64,000 nucleotides of DNA from Rebecca billardiae RCC1528 (taxonomy: Eukaryota; Protista; Haptophyta), in NCBI GenBank assembly GCA_965240325.2, contig OZ251251.1, forward strand, positions 806,001 to 870,000, read 5' to 3'. Positions 37,904 through 50,717 of this stretch are shown piece by piece. The notes under the pieces were generated by a model that was not told where the DNA came from, did not search any database, and saw only the letters and a program-made list of their open reading frames with translations. The translations under genes were made by a program, and so were the position numbers. The first letter of the stretch is position 1. The number at the start of each line of letters is the position of its first letter.

Positions 37904-38923
37904 ATGCTCGCGGCGGCGCTGGACGCGTGGCTTGCGTGCCTGCCCGGCTGCCGGCTGCGTCTGCTCGCGTGCACGACGGCGCTCGCCGCCGTCAACATCC
38001 AGGGCGTCGGCCGCCTGGCGATGCGCGCGCTCGAGCGCCATCCGCGCCGTCCGGCGCTTGTGCGGCGCATGGTCGCTGAGTACCGCAAGCACGGCTTCCC
38101 GGTGGACGAGGCGGAGGTGTGGTGGCTGTACTGCTCGTTCTACGCGATCGCGCTCCAGCACCTCGCCGCCGGCGCCTTCCTCCTCGCCGCCACCCTCGCC
38201 GACGGCGGCGGCGGCGGCGGCGCATCGCCTGCGGCGGAGCGCGCGCGCGCGCTCGCGATCCTCGGCGTGCTGACCGAGGTGGGGTACGAGCTGTACGACT
38301 CGGCGTACTACGCGTACCGGCAGTTCGTGCGGCGCGACCTGCCCGGCGGCCTCCTCGCCTTCTGCCTCATCATGTCCCACCACCAGCTCAGCCTCAGCCT
38401 CGCCCTGCCGCTCACGGCCGGCGCGCCGAGCGCGGCCGAGGGAGCGCTGCGCTCGTTCGCAGCGACGCTCACGCTGACGGGCGCGGGCGGCATGTTCCTC
38501 ACGGCGTACGCGCAGCTGCAGGACGCCACCACCGCCGCGGGCCGCGCGCGCGCCTCCGCCGCGTACCTCCTGCACTGGGCCGTCACGTTGTACGGCCGAG
38601 CGCTCTTCTACGGCCCGGCCGCGCTCGCCATCGTGGCCGCCCTGCGCGCAGACGGCGCGTACTGCGCGGGTGCGCGGTGGTGGTGCGCGGCGCCCGTCGC
38701 GGCGTCGCTGGGCGGGATGTGCCTCTTCAACGCGTGGATGCTCTACGACAGCACCTCGAAGCTCGCCAAGTTTGCGCTGAGCCCGCCCAGCCGCTTCCTC
38801 CGCGAGGCCGCCGCCGACGCGGCCGAGCGGGACGACGAGCCGCCGCCGCCGCGCGCGCGCGGCCGCGGCGGCGATGACGGCGGCGGTGGCGGCGGTGGCC
38901 ACGAGAAGCCCAAGGCGAGCTGA
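37904..38923 (+). CDS. Multi-pass membrane protein, TLC (TRAM/LAG1/CLN8)-like
   Basis: Several hydrophobic helices with LQH, GYELYD and IMSHH motifs; single exon. Confidence 0.6.
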   Translation: MLAAALDAWLACLPGCRLRLLACTTALAAVNIQGVGRLAMRALERHPRRPALVRRMVAEYRKHGFPVDEAEVWWLYCSFYAIALQHLAAGAFLLAATLADGGGGGGASPAAERARALAILGVLTEVGYELYDSAYYAYRQFVRRDLPGGLLAFCLIMSHHQLSLSLALPLTAGAPSAAEGALRSFAATLTLTGAGGMFLTAYAQLQDATTAAGRARASAAYLLHWAVTLYGRALFYGPAALAIVAALRADGAYCAGARWWCAAPVAASLGGMCLFNAWMLYDSTSKLAKFALSPPSRFLREAAADAAERDDEPPPPRARGRGGDDGGGGGGGHEKPKAS

Positions 38924-39287
38924 TGGCGTACCTGTAGGCGTGGTGGCGTGGGCGGGGGATGCTCGCCCGCAGACTCGGACGAAGCTGCCACGCCTTCCAA
39001 GCTTGCTCCACTGACGACGTGCGGCTATCAGCAGATGAGCCGATCAGCGCCGGGCAAACAAGCGAGCGGCCGCCGCCTGTACTTGTACGGGGGACTTGAA
39101 CACCAGGCCTTGCGGGTAATACTCGCTTGCACGATCATATTACCCCCATGGGGCTGCGCGTAGATACAGTGATGAAGTAATACCCGGCGCACGCCGGCCA
39201 TCAAGCTCGGAGCAACCTCGGGCGCACGCCCACCGCCGCCATCGTCTCGTCGCGCCGGCGAGCGCCGCGCCGGCCGAGGACGCGCGG

Positions 39288-39781
39288 ATGGGGCGGCCGG
39301 TGAGCGTGCAGCTGAACGGCACGCAGCATGTCGTCGCGGTCGAGGCCGTCGACGCGCGCACGCCGCTCGCCACCGTCATCGCGCACGTGAGCGCGCGCGC
39401 AGAGCACCTGGCGCCGCGCGCGGGCGGCGCGGCCGACGGCGGCGCGGTGAGCGTGCCGGCGTGCGAGCTGCGCACGCTGCGCGGCGAGGTGGTGCGCTCG
39501 GCGAGGCAGCTCCTCGACGAGCGCGTCGTCCTCTTCTGCCGCGCGGGCGAGCCCTTCGCGCCGCTGCCGCTCCCGCCGTGGCACCCGGAGCGCGGCGCGC
39601 ACGAGGCGAGACTACGCGCGCCGCCGCCGCCGCCGCCGCCGAGCGCGGCGGCGGCGGGCGGCGGCGGCGGCGGCGGCGTGGTGAGCACGACGCAGGCCTA
39701 CTACGCCGGCGGCGCGCCCGCGCCGCACGCCGGCTCGCCGCAGCCGCACTCCCCGGTGAGCGGCGGCGGCGGCGGCGGCTT

Positions 39782-39812
<31 letters not shown>

Positions 39813-40562
39813 CCGAGCGCGTGCGAGCGGCTGGCGACGACGGCGACGGCGTCGTGGGCGAACCGCGCGGCGCGGCGCACGCTCACCACCGGCTCGGCCG
39901 GCTCGCCGGGCTCGCCCACCCACCGCCCGCCCTCCTCCCCCTCCACCGCCGCCGCGGCGCGCCTGCCGGCCGAGGCGGCGGCGCCGCCGCCGCGCGCCGG
40001 CGGCGCGCGCGCGCCGGCCGGCGGCGGCGGGCCTGCGGCGGGCGGCTGGGCGAATGGGGCGGCGCGCGCGCCGCCGCGCGAGGCATGGGCGGCGGGCGGT
40101 GCCGGCGGCGACGCGCTTGACTCGACCCACGCCGCCGCCGACGCCGCCGCCGGCCCCGCCGCCGCCGCGGCCGCCGCGGCGGACGCGGCGGCGGCGCGAG
40201 CGTTCGCGGGCGCGCTCGAAGCGTCCTATGGCGCCGACGGCCGTTACGCCGAGGGCCGTTACGCCGAGGGGCGCTCGGCGGCACGCTCCGCGCGGCCCGC
40301 GGCCGAGCCGTCGGCGGCGCGGCGCGCGTCGGCCAAGCCGCGCGCCGCCGCGCTGCCGCCGGGCGGCGGCGGCGGCGGCGGCGGCGCGGCGCCGCCGCCG
40401 CCGCGACGCGCCGACACGGCGCCGAACGTGAGCGGCGTCGGGGGCGGGCGCCGCGCGCTCTCGCCCCAGCCCGACGGCGCGCGCGCCGCCGATGTCGTCG
40501 TCGCGACGAGCGCGCACGCCGCCGCCGTCGCCACCATCGCCGCGCGCGCGGGCGGCGCGCGA

Positions 40563-40600
<38 letters not shown>

Positions 40601-43561
40601 GAGCGGCGCGGCGGCTGTGCGCGTGGTGGGCGCGGCGGACGGGGCGGCGCCGGAGGGCGGTGGCGTCGTCTCCGACGCGTACTGGCACGCGCTCCCCGCG
40701 CGCACCCCCGCCGGAGCCGCCGCGGGCCGCGCGCGCGCGCGCCCCGCGCCGCCGTCGCCGCCGCCGCCGCCGCCGCCGCCCGCCGCCGTCGCCGCCGCCG
40801 CCGGCTCCGGCTGTGGCTCGGCGACGCACGAGCTGGCCAGGGCGCTGCGCGCCGCGACCGGCGGCGGCGCGAGCAGCCCCGCCGAGCCGGCCGCCGCCTC
40901 GCCGCCGCCAGCCGCCGCGCTGCCGCCAGGCGCCGCGGCGGGCGGCGCGCCGCCGCCGGCGCGCGCCTCGCGCGGCCGCGCCGCCGACCGGCGCGCCGCC
41001 GGCCGCGCGCCGCCGCGCGGCGCGGCGCCGAGCCCGGCGGCGCAGCCCGCGGACGCGCCGCCCGGCGGCGTCGGCGCGGGCCACGCCGAGTCCGAGCTGT
41101 GGCGCTACCGCTACCAGGGCCTGGCCGGCGCCTACGACGCGCTGCGCGCCGAGGCCGTGGCGCTGCGCCGAGAGAGAGAGCGGTGGCGCGCGGAGGCGGA
41201 GGCGGCGCGCGCCGACGCGGCGGAGGCGGAGGCGGAGGGCGGCGGCGGCGCGCGGCGCGGCGGCGCGGACGGGCCGGCGCCGCCCGCGCGCGCCGCCGTC
41301 ACCCTCGCGCCGCCCTCCGACGCGCCCGCCGACGCCGCGCGCCTGCGCCGCGATCTGTCCGTCGCGCGCGCGCGCGCGGAGGCGCTCCGCGCCGAACTCG
41401 AGGCGACGGCGGCGGAGGCGCGGCGGTGGCGCGCGCGCGCGGCGGAGCTGGAGGCGGCGCGCGCGAACGCGCCGACGCCGCGCAGGCGGCCGCGCAAGAA
41501 GGCGCCGCCGCCGCCGCAGCCGCTGCCGCCGGGCGCGGGCGGCGGCGGCGGCGCGGCGCCGTCACCGGCCGGCGGCGCGGCCGGCGGCGCGGCCGGCGGC
41601 GCGGCCGGCGGCGGCGGCGGCGGGGCGCTGCTGGGGGGACTCGGGGCGGAGGAGGCGGCGGCGGCTGGCGCCGACGACGGCGTGAGCGCGTGGGGGCCGG
41701 GCGAGGGCGGCAGCTGCCGCCTCAGCCTCGGCGGCGCCGGCGGCACCGCCGCCGCCGCCGAGCGCGCGCCGCGGGCCGGCGGCGCGGGCGGCCGAGCCAG
41801 CCTGAGCCTTCCTCCCCCTGAGGACGATGGCAGGCGTGGCTCCGACACTTTGCTGCACGCGGGCCCGCTGGCGACGCTGCTGGGCGTGGGCGCGGGCGCG
41901 CCGCCGCCCGTGCAGTCCTCGCCGCCGCTCTCCGCGCCGCGCTACGCCGCCGCCGTCGCCGCGCTGCCGCCGCGCGGAGACGGCGGCGGCGGCGGCGGCG
42001 GCGGCGCCGGCGCCGGCGGCGGCGCCGAGGGCGGCGGCGCCGCTGCCGAGGTCGCTCCGCCGCACACGCTTCGTGTGCCCGCGGGCTGGGGGCAGCGCAG
42101 CGCGGCGGGCGGCGCCGACCCCGCCGCCGCCAGCTCCGCCGCGGCGCCGCCCGTTGCCGCGCCGATCCCTCCCGCCGCACCCGCCACGCTCGCCGCCGCA
42201 CCCGCTGCCGCCACGGGCGGCGGCGGCGCCGGCGGCGGCGCCGGCGCCGGCGCCGGTCCTGTTGGCCCGACGATTGTGCGCGCGCGGCACCTGCTCGTGA
42301 AGCACGCGGCCTCGCGCAACCCGGTGTCGCGGCGCACGGGGCAGAGCACCGCGGGGCTCTCCCGCGCCGCCGCGCTCATCGAGATCGAGCGCTGGCGCCA
42401 GCGCGTCGTCAGAGGCGAGGTGTGCGCGCCGCCGCGCCACCACCGCGCCGCCGCGCCACCACCGCGCCGCCGCGCCACCACCGCGCCGCCGCGCCACCAC
42501 CGCGCCGCCGCGCCGCGCCGAGCGCCCGCGCCGTGCGCCGCGCGTGCGCCGCCTCGCGCGCGCGTGCGCGCACGGCGTCGGCGGCGGCCCCGCCCACGCA
42601 CCCGCCGGCGCGCGCCCCGCCCTCGCACGCGCGCACACACACTCCGCCCCTGCCCCCGCCCCGCCGCCCCGCCGCGCGGCCGCGCAGCTGTCTCTGCCCG
42701 AGGCGGCGCGGCTTCGCTCTGACTGCGGCTCCCACGCGGTGGGCGGCGAGCTGGGCGTCTTCGAGCGGGGCGAGATGCACCGCCCGTTCGAGGAGGCGGC
42801 GTTCGCGCTGGGCGTGGGGCAGCTCAGCGGTGCGCGCGCGCGCGCGCGAGGCCCGCGAGCCCCGCGGGCGGGGCGCGCGCGCGCGCGCGGGCGCACGCGG
42901 CGGCACTGCTCACAGCAGCGCGCGGCTGCGTGCTCGCACCGTCTGTGCCTCGCGCGCGCTGCCGCTGCTGCCACCGCCGCTGCCGCCTTTGCTGCGCAGA
43001 GATTGTGGAGACGCCCTCGGGCCTGCACCTCATCCAGCGCACCCCGCTGTACGGCGCCCCCACCGAGCCCGACGAGGACTCGGACTCCGGGTCGAGCTCA
43101 GGCGCGGGCTCGGGCGCGGAGGGCGGAGGCGGCGCGGGCGGCGGCGGCGGCGCGGAGGGCGGCGGCGGCGGCGGCGGCGGTGCTGGCGCGGAGGGTGGCG
43201 GCGCGGGCGGCGGTGGTGCTGGCGCGGGCGATGCGATCCCGGTGCGTGCGAGCATCACACTGCGGGGCGGGGCGGCTGAGGGGAGCGCCGGCTCGGCCGC
43301 GCCGCCGGGCGCGCATGCGCCGGGCGCGCCGCCGAGCGCCGCCGCCGCCGCGCCGACCGGCGGCGGCGACGGCGGTGCGGACGATTCGACGCCGACTGCG
43401 TCGGACGAGGGCTCGGAGGCGGAGGAGGCGGCGGAGGACGCGGCGGCGCACGCGCGTGGCGTTGGCAGGCCCGCCGGCGGCAGCGGCAGCGCGAGCGGTG
43501 CGGACAGCGAGGGCGAGGGCGAGGGCGCCGCCGCTCACGCGCCGCCAGACCGGCGCACGCT

Positions 43562-43607
<46 letters not shown>

Positions 43608-43816
43608 GTTTCGGTGCCGCCGCTGCAAGTGCCGCGCGCCGGCGGCGCGGCGGCGGGCGTCGGCGCGCACGGCGCCGACTCCGCCTCGGCCGACGAGGCG
43701 ACGGAGGACGAGGGCGAGGCGGGGCGCAGCGGCAGCGGCAGCGGCAGCGGCAGCGGCAGCGGCAGCGGCAGCGGCAGCGGCAGCGGCAGCGGTCGCTCCG
43801 ACACCGCCGCCGACGA

Positions 43817-43848
<32 letters not shown>

Positions 43849-44284
43849 TCGCCGACGCCGGCGCCGACCCTGGCGTGGCGGAGGTGACGCGGCGCGCGCG
43901 CGCGCTCGGCACGTTCACCCTCGCCCTCCGCCGCCCCGCCGAGATCGTGATCTCGCGCTTTGCCGCCCACACCAACCTGCCGCTCTCTTTGCCCGACAGG
44001 GGCGCGGTGTCGCCCAAGCCGTCGCCGCGCCGGCCGCCGCCTCCGCCCGGGGCGCGCTGGGAGCGGAGGCGGCGGCGGAGGCTGAGCCTGCCCGCGGACG
44101 CCGAGCGCGGCGGCGGCGCCGACGCGGGCGGCGGCGGCGGTGCCGCGAGGGTCGTCGGCGCGCGCCGCGCGCGCGCCTCCGCGCCGCCCGGCGTGCCCGC
44201 GCTGGCGCTGGGGCTGTCTGTCTCGACGGCGGAGGAGGCGGCGGCGGCGGCGGCGCGTGGCGGCAGCGGCGCGCGCGGCGGCGC

Positions 44285-44318
<34 letters not shown>

Positions 44319-44398
44319 GGGCGGCGGCGCGGCTCGGTCCCCACCGCGGGCATGTCGCCTACGCGTGCGAACGCAGCAGCCGCCTTGACCGCCGCCGA

Positions 44399-44459
<61 letters not shown>

Positions 44460-45097
44460 AGCGCGGGCGCTGGGGCGCTGGCCACGCCGCGCGGCGGCGG
44501 CGGCGGCTTCGGTGGCGCCGAGGAGGTGGAGGAGGAGGCGGAGGACGAGGACGCGGGGCTGTCCGAGGCGTCGCGCCGCCGGCGCAAGCTCGAGCGCTAT
44601 GAATGTGCGCCACCGCAACCGCCCACGCGCCGCCGCGCGCCCATGCGCGGCGCGCGCCCGCGCGCGCCGCCGGCCGCGTACCGCGCGCAGCGCGCGCCGC
44701 CGGCGGCGCGCGCGCAGCCGCGCCGCGCCGCGCGGTGTGAGCCGCGCCGCGCGTCTGCGCGCGCCCTTCCCCCGGCGCGGCGCGTGCGCAGCCGAGCTCT
44801 CCCCCGTGACGCCCTACCTGGCCGTCTCGGGCGCCGCCTCCGCCGCCTCCTGGGACGCGCTGAGCGGCGTGGGCGTCAGCCATGTGGTCAACTGCGCGCG
44901 CATGGTGTGCCCGAACGCCTTCGAGGCGGAGGGCGCGCAGGGGGCGGCGGGGGGGCGGGCGCTGCGCTACCTCTCGCTCTGGCTGCTCGACAGGCCGTCC
45001 GGTGCGCGCGCGAGCGCGCACGCCGCGGCACGCGCGCCCAGCCCCGCGCCTCGCGCGCGCGCTTGCGCCCGCCTGAGCGCGCGCCCGCGCCCGCGCG

Positions 45098-45132
<35 letters not shown>

Positions 45133-47806
45133 GCGCGCCCCTGCGTGCATGGCGGTGCGCGTGGCGATGCGCGGGGCGCAGAGGACATCTCGGCGGTGTT
45201 GTACGACGCGTGCGCCTTCATCGACGCCGCGCGCGCGCAGGGCGGCTGCACGCTCGTCCACTGCCACCAGGTGCGGCCGCGGCAGCCGCGCCGGCGCACG
45301 CGCGCCGCCCGCGCGCCGCGCGCCGCCGCGCCGCGCCGCGCCGCGCGCCGACCGCGCGTGGCGGCGCCCGCGCCCCCGCCGGTGCGCGCGCAGGGCGTCT
45401 CGCGCTCGGTGACGGTGGCGGCGGCCTATTTGATGTGGCGCGAGGGGCTGTCCCACGCGCAGGCGGCGGCGCTCCTCAAGGCGCGCCGCCCCATCGCCTC
45501 GCCCAACATTGGTGCGCACGCGCCGCGCCGCGCACGCGCCGCGCCGCGCCGCGCCGCCGCGGAGCGCCCGCCACCGCGCCAGCGCGCACGCGCCACCGCC
45601 AGAGCGTGCGGCGCGCACGGCCGCGCGCGCGCCTCCGCGCCGCGGGCTGTGCTGTGCGCGGCGCGCGCGCTCACGCCGCGCCCCCGCCGCCCCCCCCTCA
45701 GGCTTCACCGTCGCGCTCCTGCGCTGGGAGCGTCGGCTGCTGGCGGCGCGCGCGCACGGGCACGCGCGCCCACGGGATGGCGGCAGCGCGGCCGCGCTCA
45801 CGGCGGGCGTGGCGCACGCGCCGGCGCTGGGCGCGGAGGACGAGGCGGCGCGCACGGCGCAGGCGCTGGCGCACACGCCGCGCCTCGAGCTGTACCGCGT
45901 CGTCGCCTCCGCCTACGCCCTGGACGGCGACCCGCCGCGCGCCGCCGCCGTCGACACCACCGCGCCCGCCGCCGCGCGCGACGGCGGCGCGGGCGCGGCC
46001 GCCGCGAGTGTGCTGAGCGCGGAGGCGGTGCACGTGCTCGCAGGGCGGCGCGACGGCGTGTTCATCTGGTGCGACCGACGCGCGCCGCGCGCGCGTGCCC
46101 ACCGCGCCGCGCACGGCGCGCGCGCTGACGCCCGCGCGCCGCGCCGCTGCCGCCGCGCCGCTGCCGCCGCGCCGCTGCCGCCGCGCCTCTGCCGCAGGGC
46201 GGGCCCTGACTTGGCGCCGGCCGAGCGCGGCGCGCTGCTGTGCGCGGCCGCGCGCTTCTGCGACCACCTGCACGGCTTCGAGGGCTACCCGCTGCCGCGC
46301 GCCGGGGCGGAGGAGCCGTTGCCGCCGCCGCCCGCAGGCGACGGCGCCGGTGCCGCCGCGCCCGCCGCTGCGGTGCGTGTGGTGCAAGGCGCGCCGTCCG
46401 ATGTGGCGGTGGCGGCGGGCGCGGAGGGCGGCGGGGCCGAGGCGCCGGTGGGCGGCGCGCGGCCCGGCGCGGCCGAGTTCCTCGCCGCGCTGCGCCAGCT
46501 GCTGCGCGAGGCGCGCGGCGGCGGCGGCGGCGGCGACGACGGTGCGGGTGGCGGCGCGGCGCCGCCGCCGCCCGGCGCCGCCGCCGCCGCCGCCGCCAAC
46601 GCCGACGGCGCCGACGATGGCGGCGCCGCCGCGGCCGCCGCGGCGGCCGCGCCGTCCGCGCCGGCGCGTCGCGCGTCGCAGGGCCAACTGAGCGTGCTGC
46701 TGGGCGGCGCGCTCGCCGAGGCGGACGAGCTCGCCGCCGCCACCGCCACCGCCTCCGCCGAGGCCACCCCGCGCTGGCTCCGGGTCGGGCTGCTGGACGG
46801 CGGTGCGGGCGGCGGCGCGGCCGCGGCCGCACCGCTCTCGCCGCGCGTGCGCGCGAGGCCGCGCGCGCCGCCGCCGCCGCCGCGCGCGGCGGGGCCCGAG
46901 CGCTCCGCCGCCGAGCTCGGCGCCCTCCGCGCCTCGCTGCTGCAGCAGGACCGGCCGGGCGCCGTCCCGCCGCCGCTCACCGCGGGCGCAAGGCCGGGCG
47001 GGCTCGCCGCCAGGCTGGGCGCGCTCGCGGACGCCACGGGCGGCGCGGGTGGCGGGGGCGGTCCCGGCGGCGGGGGCGGCGGCGGGGCGGTGCTGCCGCC
47101 GCCGGTGCTCGCGCACTCGGACGCGAGCGCGCACCTCGCTGCGCCGCCCGACACCTCGTGGTTCGCGCAGATGCTCGCGGGCGGCGGCGGCGGCGGCGGA
47201 GGCGGAGGCGGCGGCGGCGGCGGCGGCGGCGGTGACGGTGGCGGGGGCGCCGCGCGTGTGTTTGGCAGCGCGCGCGGCTTCGCCGCCGTCCAGAGCGACA
47301 GCGAGGCGGAGGCGGAGGCGGAGGGCGGCAGCGCGCACGAGAGCGAGGGCTCGGAGGACGCGGCGGGCGCGCAGCCAGCGCCGCACCGCAGCGAGCAGTA
47401 CAGCGCAGACGGCAGCGGGGACGGCAGCGCCGACGGCAGCGAGGGCGGCAGCGGCGCAGACGGCAGCGAGGGCGGCAGCGGGGGCGGCAGTGCCACCGAG
47501 GAGGAGGGGGGCGAGGAGGAGGACGCCAGCGAGGGCGACGAGGAGGACGCCGAGTACGCTGCGCTCAGGCGGCTGCACGAGCAGAGTGCAGGGCACGCAG
47601 GGCACGCAGGGCACGCAGCCCAGCCTGGAGCGGAGGCTGAAGCCGCTCAAGCCATCGCTCAAGCGCACGCAGCAGCAGGGGCGGCGCCTGCACCCACGGG
47701 GGGCGCAGCGGCGCTGGCTGCGCGCCCGGAGGCGGAGGAGGCGGCCGAGGACGTCCTCGACGAGGACGACGACGACGATGGAGTCGTCTACGGCTCCAAC
47801 TACTGA
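39288..47806 (+). CDS. ~2423-aa multidomain protein: DCX-like N-terminus, coiled coil, Pin1-type parvulin PPIase, MKP1-like dual-specificity phosphatase, gelsolin-like segment; 8 exons (39288-42419, 42688-42829, 43000-44604, 44792-45001, 45182-45270, 45394-45511, 45702-46068, 46198-47806)
   Basis: VRARHLLVKHAASRNPVSRR...SDCGSHAVGGELGVFERGEMHRPFEEAAFALGVGQLS|EIVETPSGLHLI; WLLDRPS|EDISAVLYD...LVHCHQ|GVSRS...AYLMWREG...ASPNI|GF; all seven introns are GT-AG; summed exon length 7272 nt, in frame. Confidence 0.85.
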
Positions 47807-48123
47807 CTACGATGTGGCAGTCTGTACTTTAGTACTGACCCGGCGTACGCGGACCCGCGCACCGGCCCGAGCTGCCGCCACTGACTACTGAGCGGGCGGC
47901 ACCGCCGAGGCCCGGGCACACGGGCCCACCACTACCAGCCGGGCGCAAGGACGTAACTACGCCGCTGCCAATATATGTACGTACGCATCAGCAATAATAT
48001 AACGGCGGCGGCGGTGATCGATGCCGTAGCTGATGCAGTGATCAGCAGCGTGACGGCGGTGACCGTCTGCTTGCTATCAGTATCACAGTAGACGTAGTAA
48101 CTAGAAATCGATTTTCGGCGTTA

Positions 48124-50717
48124 CCGTAACCCGTCCGCACTTCCGCCCAGTGGGGATGCGCTGGAATTTTTTTCATGCCCCGTTCGCGGAATCGCGGCAC
48201 TTCGCGCCGCGCACAGTGGAGAAAGATCGGGCCGGAAGCCGTTTGAGCATGGTCGGTCGTGCGCACGCCCATTCGAATCGATGGCGCGCTCCGAGCGGCG
48301 GGCGTGCGCGCATGACTGCCGCGAGGGGGGCTGCGAGGCGTCGGCCGGCTTGCCAAGGCGGTTCCTCGGGGCGGCGTCACCCTCGCCCGCCCCTCCTCGC
48401 CCACCCTCGCCCCACGGGCGGCCACACGTGACCTGTTAAGATGAGTTCACGGGAGCCGCACGGCACGCGCGCGGAGAGGCGAGAGAGTGGTGTGTCGCGG
48501 AAAAACGCAACGTCGCATTGTGCTCAACCCATGTGGGCACCCGCTCCACAAGTTTGCGCGCCTTCAAACCGCACACAGCGGCCTGAGGAGCTCCCAGACT
48601 GAGTTTCGCTCTTGAAGCCTGGTTTTGGGCCAGATCTTGGTGTGGATGTAGCGCGGCGAGGAGGCGCCGGGCGCGCGCCCGAGCTGCGTGCTGGCACTCG
48701 CCATGACCCATAGGCATCGTCCGTCGCGAACGACCCGGCTCGCCTCGACCTCTCCGACCCGCCGGGCAGCCACGACCGAGCACGGCACGACAATGGCCAA
48801 ACCGGGAGGCTTCTCAGACCGCATGGGATGGGCATAGGCGCGAGAGAGGGCGCCCAGCGCGCTCTTGAGATGCACAGGAGCACGCACTGATGCGTATGGA
48901 ACCATCCCATCACGATCGCCCCGACCTGGCGCGCCTTATCTGGCCCGTCAGGCTGCCCGCGCCGCCGCCGCCGCGCCATGCCGCCGCCGCGGGCGCCGCC
49001 GCACCGCGGGCACATGGGTATGGAGCGCTCGTTGGAACTTGACGCCGGTTTGGCGCCCGCGCGGCGAGGGCGACGACGGGCGTACACGGGGCCCGCGGCG
49101 GCGGGAAGCGCGCGGGCGCGGCCGAGAACGGCACGGTCCGGACGCCTCTCGCCAGCCGCGGACGCGCACCGCGCCTCCTCCTCGCACGCTGCTAACTTGA
49201 TCCGGGTTGAACGGTGGTTTTGCTGCCGACCAGCTCAAGTTCCACGGCTGGTCAAGGTTCGGCTTGCGACCTCGCCGCTGGTGCTTGCAAGAAGGTACAC
49301 GAGTTGGTCGAACTCCCACGCACCCGCTCTGCGCTCGTCGACGCCCTCTGAAGGTGACTCGGGGTGCATGCCGGGCAGTGGAATGCAGTGGTTCGGCGTT
49401 GCCTCTCAGTCGTCCAGCGCGTAGGCCATGTAGCGCGGGTGTGGTGCGCGCATGGCCCGGTAATTCGGTCGCGGCATGTCTGTCTGGGCTGCCCAAGGCC
49501 TGCCGCACCGCAAAGCGAGCGCTCAGGAGCGTGTGCCGACCGTGCCAGCCCCGCCGAGATGGGGCACTTCGCTGGGAAATGCGGTGTCAAGTTCCAAGCC
49601 CCGCCAAGTTCCAACGAGCGCTCCATAAGTCCGTATTCAACAAATACAGAATTTCCGGTGCGGCCCTCTTTTGGGCGGCAAGGTCGGTCTGGTCGACACC
49701 TGCCGCGCGGCATGGGCCACGGCGCGGCGAGGTGGCGGCTGGCGCACCGCGGCGTGGGCGGGATGGCTCGAGGACACCACCGCCCCGCCTCCCACGCCGC
49801 GCCGTGCGCGTGCGCCGTGCTCTCGTCGCGTACCGATTTTCCTGCGGCGAGCGACGTCCAACAGCGCGACCATGCCATCGCGCGACGAGGAGTGCGTTCA
49901 GCTCGGCGATTTGTCGTATTTGTTGAATACATGCGGGTACGAATCGGCCGCAAGATGGCCTCGACGTACACGTCGAGAGCCACGCGCGCGGTGTGGAGTG
50001 GCACGCGACGCGGAGAGGGCGGGTGCGGTGCCGCGGGCGCGCGACTGGTCTAGAACATCCCAATGAAGCGCGGGACGGCGCTGCGCGCCTGTGCTCGCCG
50101 CCGTCTCCTCGCAGTCGAAAATATCTGTGCACCCTTCTGTCTGGCTAGTCGACCGGCCGGCACGCGGCACGCGAGCAGTGTGTGTGGGGAGGAGTGTGAC
50201 ATGGCAGGCTGTGGCGAGGTGGATGGTCGTGCAGGTCTACGCTAGGAAGGGCCGCTCCCGCGCTCGCGCGGTGCCTCGCGCACGCATCGTCGAGGACGAG
50301 CGTGTTTGAATGGCTCCGGAGAAGGCTTACGATCGCTCGTTGATGGGCAGCGCGCGACACGTGCACACGACGAAGGTGACGACCAGGCACTCCGGCGAGG
50401 GCGGCTGTGCTGGTAGCAGACTGCATTCGGAGTAAGATGCGCCATCTTACGCGCCGCTTCGCCTCGCTGCATCGCCGCACTGAGCAGCAGGGCTCCACGC
50501 TCACGAATGGCTCACCACGAGCTACGTGACCGGCCAGCCGCGTGCAACCCGGCGAGGCAGAGAGGGGCGGAGGGATGGGGAGGCTGGGTGGGATGTTGCA
50601 GTCCCATGCCCGGGGCACTCGACAGGCGCCTGCGCGACCACCGTAGCGCCGTCTGTGCGCTCGTGCGGCCCGCGCGAGAAATTCCCCGAAAATCGGCTCG
50701 TGTCGGACGGGTTACGG
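48124..50717. mobile_element. 2.6-kb non-autonomous Tc1/mariner/pogo-like element, TIR CCGTAACCCGTCCG, TA target duplication
   Basis: TA|CCGTAACCCGTCCG at 48122 and CGGACGGGTTACGG|TA at 50704-50719; no credible host gene or transposase inside. Confidence 0.7.
49021..49625. mobile_element. Nested ~605-bp MITE-like unit with 21-bp TIRs TGGAGCGCTCGTTGGAACTTG, flanked by TA
   Basis: 49019-49041 is the exact reverse complement of 49605-49627. Confidence 0.55.
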
